A stretch of 40,167 nucleotides of DNA from Octopus bimaculoides. Lineage: Eukaryota. Numbering within the stretch: the first letter of the stretch is position 1; every line of letters begins with the position of its first letter. The translations under genes were made by a program, and so were the position numbers. The stretch lies in assembly GCF_001194135.2 (NCBI RefSeq), contig NC_068986.1, positions 38,666,683-38,706,849 of the forward strand. The letters run 5' to 3'. A model generated the notes under the pieces. That model searched no databases, was not told the DNA's origin, and saw only the letters and a list, made by a program, of their open reading frames with translations. This document shows positions 23,034-33,610 of the stretch, piece by piece.

Positions 23034-23114
23034 TCCTCAGTCCCCTTACTTTTGATCCAGGAGAATATCCAGAATGTGACATGGAAGGAGAGTGTGTTGC
23101 ACTAATATCCAGGG

Positions 23115-23262
23115 TAGGGGGCTACTCATTTATAGCTGAGTAGACTGGAACAACATGAAATAAAGTATCTTACTTAAGAATACAATGCACTATCCCATCC
23201 AGGATTTAAACCTTCAATCATACAATCACAAACTGAACTAATTGCTAAGTCATGTGCCTTCA
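23115..23262 (-). mobile_element. tRNA-derived SINE family C (conserved-core type)
   Basis: TACTCATTTATAGCTGAGTAGACTGG..AAGTATCTTACTTAAGAATACAATGC. Second copy at 37685-37877. Confidence 0.7.
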
Positions 23263-24109
23263 CATCATGCTGTGCAATAGTTGCTTCGACCTAAGAAGAC
23301 TTTCTGCCCACAAGTCTTAGAAACCTGGAGAAAGTTCATGCCCATAGCCATGGCACTTATTCAAACTAAACAATAAAAAAAATGCTTACATTATTACCTG
23401 ATACTTTATTCATATTTTAGATCATGTATTCACGAAACAAAAGAACTTCAAAGATTTATAGAGTTCACCTGATAGTAACCAGTGGTAAAACTACATGATC
23501 TGAGATCAATTGTATTACTGGTCTTTATAATAATGTAACAGTGAATTGAATTTTATGGGTAACGAAGAATATTTCTAATGTTCATACAAGGTCATATATA
23601 TATATGTTTGTATATATATATATATATATATACTTCACCTGTGAGAAATATTTGATTTTTATTATGACTGCAATTATTCATACAAATAGATGAAAGACGA
23701 TCAGGCAACAGCATAACCAGGTGACGACTAGCTTGGACAATGAAAAACCAAAGTGTTTGGGGCTACAGAGATTTAATTGGCAAGAGGTTATTATTGTTGT
23801 TGTTGATGATTATGATGATGATGATGATGATGATGATTATGATGTTGTCACTGTTGTTGTTGCTGTTGTTACTGTTATTGTTATTGCTGCTATTGCTGTT
23901 GCTGATAAAAAAACATTCCAGACATGACTCTCTTTTTTTTTTTTTTAAATATACTTCAAACCGAAAAGCAAAGGGTGGTTACAGCTGGAATGGCCTTCAT
24001 TAGAGCTGATTAGGAGTTAAACAACAACAATTATACCTCTTGGTAATTAAATCCTTGGTGGCACAATTAATTTGAATATTAATTGACCAAACTAAATGTT
24101 ACTCATGTT

Positions 24110-24865
24110 TAATGTCACCTGTAACAGTTGCCAAGTTACCTGTCACCCACTTAACCTGTCAACCAGTTGCCTTGTCACCAAATTGTCATGTCACTCAATT
24201 ATCCTGTCACCCAGTTATAGCATTGCCCAGTTATCCTGTCACCCAGTTGTTTAGTTACCCAACTGTCATATCACCCACTTATCTTGTTACCCAGTTGTCA
24301 TGTCACCCAATTGTCATGTCACCCAGTTGTCATGTCACCTAGTCATCCTATCACCCAGATGTCTAGTTATCTAATTATCATGTCACCCACTTATTTCATC
24401 ACCCAGTTGTCCTATCACCCAGTTGTCCAATCACCCAGATATCCAATCACTCAGTTGTCCTATCATCCAGTTATCCAATCACCCAGTTGTCCTATCATCC
24501 AGCTGTTTTATCACCCAATTCTCATGTCACCCAATTGTCCTATAACCCAGTTGTCCAGTTACCTAGTTGTCTTGTCAGCTGTCTATTATCCAATTGTTAT
24601 GTCACCCAATTGTCGTGTCACCCAACTGCCTTGTCATCTAATTGTCGATCACCCAGTTATCCTGTCACTCAGTTATATTATCAACCAATTGCCCTGTCAC
24701 TTAGTTGGCTATCACCCAGTTGTCTGTCACCCAGTTATCCTGTCACCTAGTTATCCTGTCACCCAGAAGTCATATCACCCAATTGTTTATCACCTAGTCA
24801 TACTGTCACCTACTTGTCCTATCTTCAAGCTATCCTGCCATCTGGTTGTCTATTACCCAGCTGTC
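24110..24865. repeat. Degenerate minisatellite, about 750 bp, core (T)GTCACCCAGTTGTC(A/C)T, unit about 16-21 nt
   Basis: Dozens of TCACCCA(G/A)TT(G/A)TC variants, for example GTCACCCAATTGTCAT GTCACCCAGTTGTCAT at about 24302-24333. Confidence 0.9.
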
Positions 24866-25594
24866 AGCAAACCAACTTTGAGGGACAATTCATTTTATTA
24901 AAATCCTAGAAAGATGAGAGGCAAAGTTTGACTTTGGTAGTATTTGAATTCAGTATGTAAAGGAATGCAATTTAATACTGTAAAGTATTTTGTCCAACAT
25001 CCAACATTCCCTCAATCCATTATACAAAATAATGCTCTATCTTTAAATGCCATTATACTATAGGTTTGTGGAGGAAACGAGAAATTGTAAAGAAACACAT
25101 AGAGTTAGAGAAATACCTTTAAACACTAATATCCTTAATCTTCATCAAGATTATCACTCATTCATATTTGAAGTTTGACCTCAAGCAGGGAAATAGCATA
25201 GATGTCATAGCATCGAACAAAATACCTTATGGTATTTATTCTGGATCCTCATCTTCTGAGTTCAAGTTCCACCAAAGTTGCCTTCCCCTTTCAGCCTTCT
25301 GGGCCAATAAATAACGTATCGCTCAAGCGTGGTGGACTGGCAGAATCATTAAAGCCTCAAACAGGATGTTTTTCAGCATCCTATTTTGGTTCTTTGCATT
25401 CTGAGTTCAAAACCCCACCATGGCTTACTCGGGTGGTAGATTAAATCTGTCATCCATTTTAACACCATCACCTGACATCTGGATGTTTTTACTGGAATTC
25501 ACACTGTTGCAAGCACTCGAGCCTGCTTGCCTGTTTAAGGATATCTTCTTTTCTTCCTTCCACCAGTCTTAGAGGTCCTATAAAGTGTTGAGAG

Positions 25595-25990
25595 CATAAC
25601 CCATCCCTCCTGAGTAACCAATAAATAAAAAATACTGGAGCCACAAAACTGAATCCTTAGTATAAGATTCCTTTACTTTGTAGTGTGAATGCAGGGCTCC
25701 AGTATAGCCTGTCCCTCCTGTGTATGCAACAAATAAAAAAAGCACTGAAACCACAAAACTGAGCCCTTGATATAAGAGACCTTTCCTTTGTAATTAGAAA
25801 GCAAGATCCAATATGGCCCATCCCTTCTGAGTTAACAATAAATTAAAATCATTGAAACCACAACATTGAAACCTTAGTAAAAGAGATTTTCACTTTGTAG
25901 TATGAAGCCAGGGCTCCAGTATGGTCTGACCCGCCTGATTAAGTAATAAATAAATATCATTGAAACTATAAACTGAGTCCTTGGTAAAGT
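25595..25990. repeat. Diverged tandem repeat, about 108-bp unit, about 3.6 copies
   Basis: The anchor CCACAAAACT and its variants occur at 25641, 25751, 25858 and 25966 (spacing 110, 107, 108). Confidence 0.85.
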
Positions 25991-26174
25991 ACTAAATAAC
26001 TAGAACAAAACACTGTGTTGTTATTCTGATTTGCATACACTAAAATTAATGGCTTTACAGTTATTTATTTACAAAGGAACCTCTTATTTTTTAGTTGTAC
26101 ATTTTTACCCAACCGTATGTATCATAATTATTTCAAAAGAAAAACGCTGAATTATGCTGAATGCTTATTTTATG

Positions 26175-26211
<37 letters not shown>

Positions 26212-28190
26212 GGTGGTGGTGGTATGTTGTTATTGTTGTTGTGGTAGCGATGGTGAGAGTGGAAGGTGCTTTTGTTCTCGTTTTCTTGGTCAGTGAACAC
26301 AAAAGTGAAGTCAGGAGATATTTTTGTAATAAATAGAAATAAAAAAGAAAAAGCAACAAGATTTCTTTTTGTTCGTTTTTTTTTTGTTTTCAATTTATAG
26401 TGTAGGTTACACACTTGATGAACCAAATCCAGTGTGAGAGTGTGTGTGTGTATGTTGATATCATTCATATAATGCTTGGTGTGTGTTGGCACTATTGTCA
26501 GGCATTACTACAGAGAGAAAAAAGGTAATGAATATATACTTGAGGAGATAAAAGTTATTGGGAGTCAAAACTAATTGCACAGGTGTTGTTAAGGCTAAGG
26601 AAGATAGATAGTGTGGAGAGATAGATAACTAGAGAGGGAGAGAAGAGAGAAGAAAAATAGAGAGAGGAGAGACAGAGAGGATGGAGGAAAGGGAAGAAGA
26701 TAAAGAAACAGAAGAAGAAGAGGAGGGAATTACACTATATCAAATATATATTAATAGAATTAAGATAAACACTATACAGCTGTACAACTGTACTTCCATT
26801 TTATTTTATTTCATTTTATTTATTAAGTTATTTACTCAGCTAAGAAGAAATCCTATATATCATATTCCCAGTGACAGCAAACTATGAGGTTGCAGATAAA
26901 CAACTGTGCTTGAAGAGGTGGGGTTTAAACAGACAAGTTTCAGAGTTGCCTGTGCTGTAGTTTAGTAAGAAAGGCACACACTATGTTGACAAATGTATAA
27001 AAAGATATGTTTAATTTCAATGTATGAAAATGTAATAGGATTAGTTAATGAAATAAAGTAGTGGATTGCAGCCAGCAGCAGAATGCCAGAAGGTACAAAG
27101 ATAAGCTTTGAGCACAGAATTGAATCTTTTGACCTAATTGCCATTGTAGTTTGTGTGTTGTTGATTAGCCCCAGGTTGGGCCTTATCAGGCAGAACTATG
27201 ATCAAATTAGTCTAGTCATGACCTAAACACAAACCATCATTTTAGTATCCATTTTTCAATGCTTCCATATTTTCTATGACCAGATGTTGCCATATTTTCT
27301 ATGACTTTCCTGTTGCCAAACCTTGCTTGTTTTCTGGCAAGGTAAAAGTTCCCTTTGATGGGACATATTTTCATGAGAGATTGGAAATGAATGGCACTTG
27401 TATGACAGGGACACTTGTTAACAACTATCACATAATGTCAAGATGAGGAGACACAAACACACACACATACACACACACATGATGAGTTCTGTTGACTAAA
27501 TCTACTCACACGGTTTTGGTTGGCTTGTGGAAGCTATAGTAGAAGACTTACCCAAGGTGTTATACAGTGGGACTGAACCCAAACCATGTGTTTGAGAAGC
27601 AAAATTCTAAACCATACAGTCATGCCAACATCTATTAGCCCCTATAGCATCTTATTTTTCAGATAATGTATCCAAGCTCTACATTATCCAATATGACCAA
27701 ATTTTTTATTTTTTAAATGCTAATGATTTTGAGGGGAATTTTTCTTCCTTTTCTAGCAGATCTATGACTAAGTAGAGACTCCCACAGCAGTTCAGTTGAG
27801 CTTATAATTCCCAGTGAGAGTTAATTAACTTAACTTTATTTACATTGTTAAGAAATTTAATGCCTTCAAGAAATGCTTGCAAATCACACAATTCCATTCC
27901 CTCCTTTTATAAATATGTGGCCTTGAGCTGAGATAAGAAAGTGCTACTCTACCACTTAAGAAAAAGACAAAATTAATTCTAATACGATATTGAGAATTAA
28001 AGTTGGCTTATTTGATTACTAGATTAATGGTTGTGTGGCTAAGAAGCTTACTATACAACCATATGGTTTTGAGTTCAGTCCCCCTGCACAGCACATTCAG
28101 CCAGTGTCTCCTACTCTAGACCCTGGGGGTGAATTCAGTAGATAGAAACTGCTTGGAAGCCTATTGAGTGCATGTACATACATATATATA

Positions 28191-29065
28191 CAGGGTGCAG
28201 TGAATAAACTGTCGCCTAAATTACACAAAAATTAGAATAACACTGATATCTCATTTTAACAGATATATTTACCTAAATTACACAAAAATATCTTCAAATA
28301 CTAAAAAGTAAATTTATTCAATAAAATCGCCATTGGCTTCAACCATGGCCTCCAGATGACTTCAGAATCTCCTGCAACTCTTCTGGATGTTCTCCTTGTT
28401 TAAGTTGGTTGATGCTGCCATAATCGTTGCCTTTAGTTCATCTTTGGTGTTCCAAGGAGTTTTGTTGGTCTCTTGCTCAACTGCACCCCACACATAATAA
28501 TCAAGGAGGTTGCAGTGTGGGGAGTTAGATAGCCAGATGTTAGGGGTGATGTGGTCACAGAAATTGTCTGACAGCCATGACTGGGTTCTCTTGCTTGTGT
28601 GACATGGTGCAGAGTCCTGTTACCAGACACAGAGTCTTCCAGCAGCCACCCTCTTGACCCAGGAGAGCACTACCTCCTCCAAGCACTTGATGTAGGCCTC
28701 CATGTTGAGTCTGAGTCCATGTGGGAAGATGAATGGAGGCATAATGTTGCCATCACTAGTGATCACTTCAAACACCATGATGTTGACTGGATGTTTGATT
28801 TTTATCACTCTTGGTACATGTCCTCAGATTGTACAGTCCTCAGATTAACACCCAAACACTCTGAAATGTCCATATTAGAGCTTCTGGCTTGAATGCCAAG
28901 CAGTACAACATGTTGTTTCCAAATTTTTGGCAGAGTGAATTATGTCATGGTGCCATTTTTCTTACTGACTCTACTATACTGTGTAGTCAACAAAATCAAA
29001 AACAAGCAATACACATGTGTGAAATTAAAAATATAAGATGGTGACAATTTACCCATCGCACCCTG
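28191..29065 (-). mobile_element. Internally deleted DD37D (maT-type) transposon, 875 bp, both TIRs present
   Basis: TIRs CAGGGTGCAGTGAATAAACTGTCGCC and GGTGACAATTTACCCATCGCACCCTG. Minus strand: KHPVNIMVFEVITSDG..W*QDSAPCHT..NSPHCNLLDYYVWG..NGDFIE*. I count 37 residues between the second and third catalytic D. Confidence 0.92.
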
Positions 29066-29100
29066 TGTGTGTGTGTATATATATTTCTTTCTTTTCGTTT

Positions 29101-29497
29101 TTCTTTTATTTGTTTCAGTCATTTGACTGCGGCCATGCTAAAGCACCACCTTTAGTTGAGCAATCGATCCCAGGACTTATTCTTTGTAAGCTTAGTACTT
29201 ATTCTATCGGTCTCTCTTGCCGTACCACTAAGTGACAGGGACATAAACACACCAGCATTGGTTGCCAAGCAATGTTGGTGGGACAAACACAGATGCACAA
29301 ACATATACGTACACATACGTATATATATATATATATGACGGGCTTCTTTCAGTTTCCTTCTACCAAATCCACTCACAAGGTTTTGGTTGGCCCAAGGCTA
29401 TAGTAGAAGACACTTGCCCAACAGGCCACACAGTGGGAGTGAACCCAGAACCATGTGGTTGGTAAGCAAGCTACTTACCACACAGCCACTCCTGCAC
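29101..29497 (-). mobile_element. SINE family A, full length
   Basis: Complete head, (TA)n spacer and tail in reverse complement. Confidence 0.88.
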
Positions 29498-29537
29498 CTT
29501 ATATATATATATATATATATATCATACAAAATTTTAC

Positions 29538-29776
29538 AAATCCAAAGTAAATCAGTAAATCACAAGAAAACAGGTATATAAATTAACAGTGACTTACCCT
29601 GTATTCAATATTTCAGAATTATGACCCCCACTTCAGGAATTAGCAAATGTTTCAGATTCACTAATTCTGCAACATTCGCTAATTCCTGAAGAGGGGGTCA
29701 TAACCCTGAAATATTGAATGCAGGATAAGTCACCATTAATTCATATGCCTGCTTTCTTGTGATTTACCTTGGATTT
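29538..29776. repeat. Fold-back (about 115-bp arms, about 4-9-nt loop) of a Penelope-like pLTR segment
   Basis: The inner 68 bp of the arms differ at 7 positions. The outer arms also match (AAATCCAAAGTAAATC..CACAAGAAAACAGG versus CCTGCTTTCTTGTGATTTACCTTGGATTT). The left arm has an 8-nt duplication AGTAAATC. Confidence 0.9.
29682..29719 (+). ncRNA. Minimal type I hammerhead ribozyme motif
   Basis: ATTC CTGAAGA GGGG-GTCATAA-CCCT GAAA TA TT GAAT: 4-bp stem I, 4-bp stem II and a palindromic minimal stem III (ATAT, plausibly CpG-decayed ACGT as in Penelope GAAACGTH motifs). Confidence 0.55.
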
Positions 29777-29809
29777 ATTTCGCATTGTTCCAGCCTTACC
29801 CATGAATCT

Positions 29810-29845
<36 letters not shown>

Positions 29846-29939
29846 AAGATAAGTAGGTATGTAGGTAGGTAGGTAGGTAGGTAGGTAGGTAGGTAGACAC
29901 CCACACATACACACATGCACATGTGTGTGTATTTATATG

Positions 29940-30165
29940 TGTGTGTCTTTGTATTTGTGTTTGTCCCCACCACACCACTTGACAACTGGTGTTGGTTTAT
30001 TTATGTCCCTATAACTTGGGGTTTCAGCATTAGGTATCAGAATAAGTATCAGACTAACAAAATAAGCACTGGAGTCCATTTCCTTTACTAAACACTTCAA
30101 AGCAGTGGTCCAGCATGGCCACAGTGCAGTGATTGAAACAAGAGAAAGATAAAAAAGATAAAAGA
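29940..30165 (+). mobile_element. SINE family A tail
   Basis: GTGTTTGTCCCCACCAC..CTTGACAACTGGTGTTGG..CAGCATGGCCACAGT..GAAACAAG. Confidence 0.75.
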
Positions 30166-30624
30166 GCTGATAATTAGTATCCAGTTATTGACACTAAGCT
30201 ATAACCATCATTTAGATAATATCTCTCATTGGCAAATTCCACTTAACTATAAATAGGTACCATGAGTAGGTATGGCTAATTTTTACTTATAAAATAAACA
30301 AGTAGTGTGTAATTGATAAGCAGTTTGTTAGCTTCTAGTGCTCTGTTCAAATCCTACTGTGGATAATATAGCTAGGTGGGGAGCTAGCTGTAACTAATCT
30401 GATTTTCTCTAAATCAATGTTCCTTTTGTTTGTTTGTTTCTCTACTTTCACCCATTACCAGTTCTCCATCCTGGTTTCTTGCCACATATCATAAGTAAAA
30501 AGTAGTTTTGTACACAACATAATTCATTGCATAGCATAAACAGCCTTATATTAATATAATATTGTTTCAAATTTTAGGCGCAAGGCCGATCAGAAAATTT
30601 AGAGGGAATAAAGATCAGACACCC

Positions 30625-30906
30625 ATCCTTTCAAAGAAACTTGCACAATGTACTCTACGTTTGAGTGGGGCTCAACTGAAGCAGATGGAGAAGTTCAAGT
30701 ATCTCAGGGTCATTTTCATGAGTGATGGAAGGCAGGAGGCTGAATCAAGTGCAAGAATTGCAGGAACTAGTGCAGTAATGCACAAGCTTCAACATTCAGT
30801 CACATTAGAAGGAGGGAGGGAGGTAGGTGTAAAAGCCAAACTCACTATCTTCAATACAGTGTTCACACCTACCCTTACCTATGATTATGAATCTTGGGTA
30901 GTGACC
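30625..30906 (+). mobile_element. RTE-clade LINE remnant, piece 1 (post-RT region)
   Basis: KKLAQCTLRLSGAQLKQMEKFKYLRVIFMSDGRQ..ARI..KAKLTIFNTVFTPTLTYDYESWVVT resembles RTE FKYLG and PxLTYGxExW motifs. Confidence 0.85.
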
Positions 30907-31297
30907 ATTTAACAGGTGGTCTAAATTCTCTCTTGGTTTTACTACTGAATCCTGTATACCATTATATAACATATGTTGCATGTTCACTTGTGGAAATGAT
31001 ACAAGAAATGAACCTCAAAAGTAACAGTGGGACTTTATTCCTCCGTTAAGTAGTACACTGGAACAATTACAAACATCATGAATTTTGGTGGTTGTATAGT
31101 TCATCCATTTTTTGGATAATTCAGCTCGAGCCATCATTGGTTATATGTGCTCTATTATATTAATTTTACTCTGATGAATAATAGCAGGAAAACAATATGA
31201 CTTGTCTTCGTGAAAATCTCTTACCCCTCTGGGCTCAATAATTTGTTAAATGAATTTATAGAAAAAAGGTAAGCTCCAGAGCACATACCAATTAGTT

Positions 31298-31486
31298 AGT
31301 CATTTGACTGTGGCCATGCTGGAGCACCACCTTTAGTCAAGCAAATCGACCCCAGGACTTATTCTTTGTAAGCCTAGTACTTATTCTATCAGCCTCTTTT
31401 GCTGAACCGCTCAGTTACGGGGACGTAAACACACCAGCATCGGTTGTCAAGTGATGTTGGGGGGGGGGACAAACACAGACACACAA

Positions 31487-31517
<31 letters not shown>

Positions 31518-31674
31518 CAACGGGCTTCTTTCAGTTTCCGTCTACCAAATCCACTCACAAGGCTTTGGTCGGCCCGAGGCTACAGTAGAAGACACTTGCC
31601 CAAGGTGCCACGCAGTGAGACTGAACACGGAACCATGTGGTTGGTAAGCAAGCTACTTACCACACAGCCACTCC
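31298..31674 (-). mobile_element. SINE family A, full length, best-preserved copy
   Basis: Head TGGCTGTGTGGTAAGTAGCTTGCTTACCAACCACATGGTTCC on the minus strand, (TA)n spacer and complete tail. Many CpGs are retained. Confidence 0.9.
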
Positions 31675-31890
31675 AACACCTATTGTTTGAGAATTATTAC
31701 ATGCAACATGATTGGATCTTTGATCCAAATCCCATGCAATACTCAACCAATTTAAACACAGGACTCAACCAATATTCAAGACTCACATGATAGGTAAAGT
31801 GACTGATCATTACAGATTAACACCCTGAGCTTATATCAGTTTAAAGAAAGTATTCACTATACCATAACAGAAATTGGTCTCACTAGAACC

Positions 31891-32285
31891 AAAACAAAAT
31901 GATCACAAATACAAGTGACAGAAATTGGGGTTCTCCAAAGGGTCCTTGGAGTAATGTTACTTGATAGAATCCATAGCTTGGAATTCAGAGAGGCTCTCTA
32001 AATAGAGCCAATACTTCTCCAAATTGAGAGATCACAGCTCCAATACTACAGACATGTGGTTAGCATGTTCCAGGAAAGATTCATTGGACAGCTTTTTACA
32101 GTTAACACCAACAGGCAGGTAACCCAGGACTAGACTGCAAACAAGATGGTCGGATAACATCCATGAGTTTAGTTAGTCTCTCTTGGGGATCCAGCTAGAT
32201 CAAATGGAAACAAGTGCTTCTGACAGGACTCGATGGAAGGTATTCCTTGATATCTCTGCCTCCATAATCCCCACCAGGACTAAGT
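31891..32285 (+). mobile_element. RTE-clade LINE remnant, piece 2 (continues piece 1 to the 3' end)
   Basis: ..SQIQVTEI..LQRVLGVMLLDRIHSLEFREAL*IEPILLQIERSQLQYYRHV..TRWSDNIHEF..LGIQLDQM..DRTRWK. Confidence 0.8.
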
Positions 32286-32995
32286 GGCCAAAGAAGATAA
32301 AATGAGATATGTGTAGTCAATTACATCAATTCTCTTACTTGACTGGTAGTTTATTTTATCAACCCTGAAAGGATGAAAGGTAGAGTTGACCTTTGAAGAA
32401 TTTGAACTCAGAATATAAAGAGCTAGAAGTGCAGCTTAGCATTTTGTTTGAGGCACTAACAATTCTATTATAATATTTACATCCTTAAAATTAACATCAA
32501 GGAAAATAATTTAAGCAAAAACCAATGCTAATAATAATAAAGAAATTTTTAACCTAAAAACAACTATCCCTACTCTTGAGGTATTACATAAAGATCAAAT
32601 TCCCCAGTAGAGTCTCAAACATCTAATGAGTTTCAGGTCTAATTTGAATTAAAATTATGTGTCTTAAGCAAAACCATAACAATCAGTTATTTTTGCAATT
32701 AAATTAGTTTTTCCCTCAAAAAAATGTATATAAAATACAAGACAAATAAATTCAGAGTCTGAGGAGACTGCAAGGTGGACTTATGTCAACAAAAATCAGC
32801 AAAAGTCACTGAATGATATTTGAGTAACTTTTTATGATATGGGAAAGACATGAGTTATAACATTTCAAGGAGCTGACAAGGAATTTCCTTTCACCAACAA
32901 AGAATTTTGCCTGAATGTTTACATAATCACACAGCATAAAAATTTATTCAAATTAGCAAACACTGCTAAAATGTAAAGTAACTATAGAAATTATA

Positions 32996-33370
32996 CATAC
33001 CTTGCCACGATTCAGTGTTGAATCGTGGCAAGGTATGGACAGTTTTCGGAGGACCGGAGAGATTATGTGTGGGTGGAGAATTATACGAGGTATAGTACTA
33101 TACAGAATACCGAAAGGATCTTCACCTCTTACATCACACCTTTCTTCCTACTTTAACGCCGATGTGGTATAATTTCCTGGGAGAGAAATAATTTTGCGGC
33201 TGAGGATAGCTTTGTATTGTAAATTATACACATATAAAGCTTGAAACACGTGTACCGCGGAATCCTTTGTAGTTTTGTTGTTATTTTTTGGATTTACAAT
33301 TTATTCTTTCACCGCAACCACTAGCTGGCATACACAGGTGCTTACAATTGTCAAGTATTACTTCTAAATT
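32996..33370 (+). mobile_element. 5'-truncated Penelope-like insertion: perfect palindrome at the 5' junction, decayed ORF end, hammerhead-bearing terminus, AT tail
   Basis: 19-bp inverted repeat at 32996-33037, hammerhead motif at 33191-33263, (TA)/(GATA)n after 33370. The coding remnant is only weakly recognisable. Confidence 0.6.
33191..33263 (+). ncRNA. Type I hammerhead ribozyme motif (Penelope-type)
   Basis: Stem I ATTTTGCGG/CCGCGGAAT (9 bp, 2 G-U); CTGAGGA 33200-33206; stem II AGCTTT/AAAGCT plus GTAT/ATAC; GAAAC-ACGT-GTA with palindromic stem III; predicted cleavage after 33254. There is a U-U mismatch at the base of stem II. Confidence 0.8.
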
Positions 33371-33395
33371 TATATATATATCTATATATATATAT

Positions 33396-33430
<35 letters not shown>

Positions 33431-33452
33431 TAGATATATAGATATATATATA

Positions 33453-33610
33453 CAACGGGCTTTTTTTCAGTTTCCATCTACCAAATCCACTCACAAGGCT
33501 TTGGTTGGCTTGAGACTATAGTTGAAGACACTTGCTCAAGGTGTCATGCTGTGGAACTGAACCTAGAACAATATGGTTGGGAAGCAAGCTTCTTACTACA
33601 CAGCCATACC
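33453..33610 (-). mobile_element. SINE family A head
   Basis: Reverse complement of the head through ..GGATTTGGTAGATGGAAACTGAAAAAAAGCCCGTTG. Confidence 0.8.

Noticed and set aside
24284-24901. 205-aa repetitive ORF
   Set aside because: No ATG start; it lies wholly in a minisatellite whose plus-strand unit lacks stop codons.
25595-25990. Tandem array as a CRISPR array or hammerhead multimer
   Set aside because: Whole units are similar (no unique spacers), no cas genes are present, the core reads CTGAGTA rather than CTGANGA, and stem I does not pair.
558-33610. tRNA genes
   Set aside because: All A/B-box-like motifs are SINE heads that continue into SINE bodies; I could not fold any complete cloverleaf.
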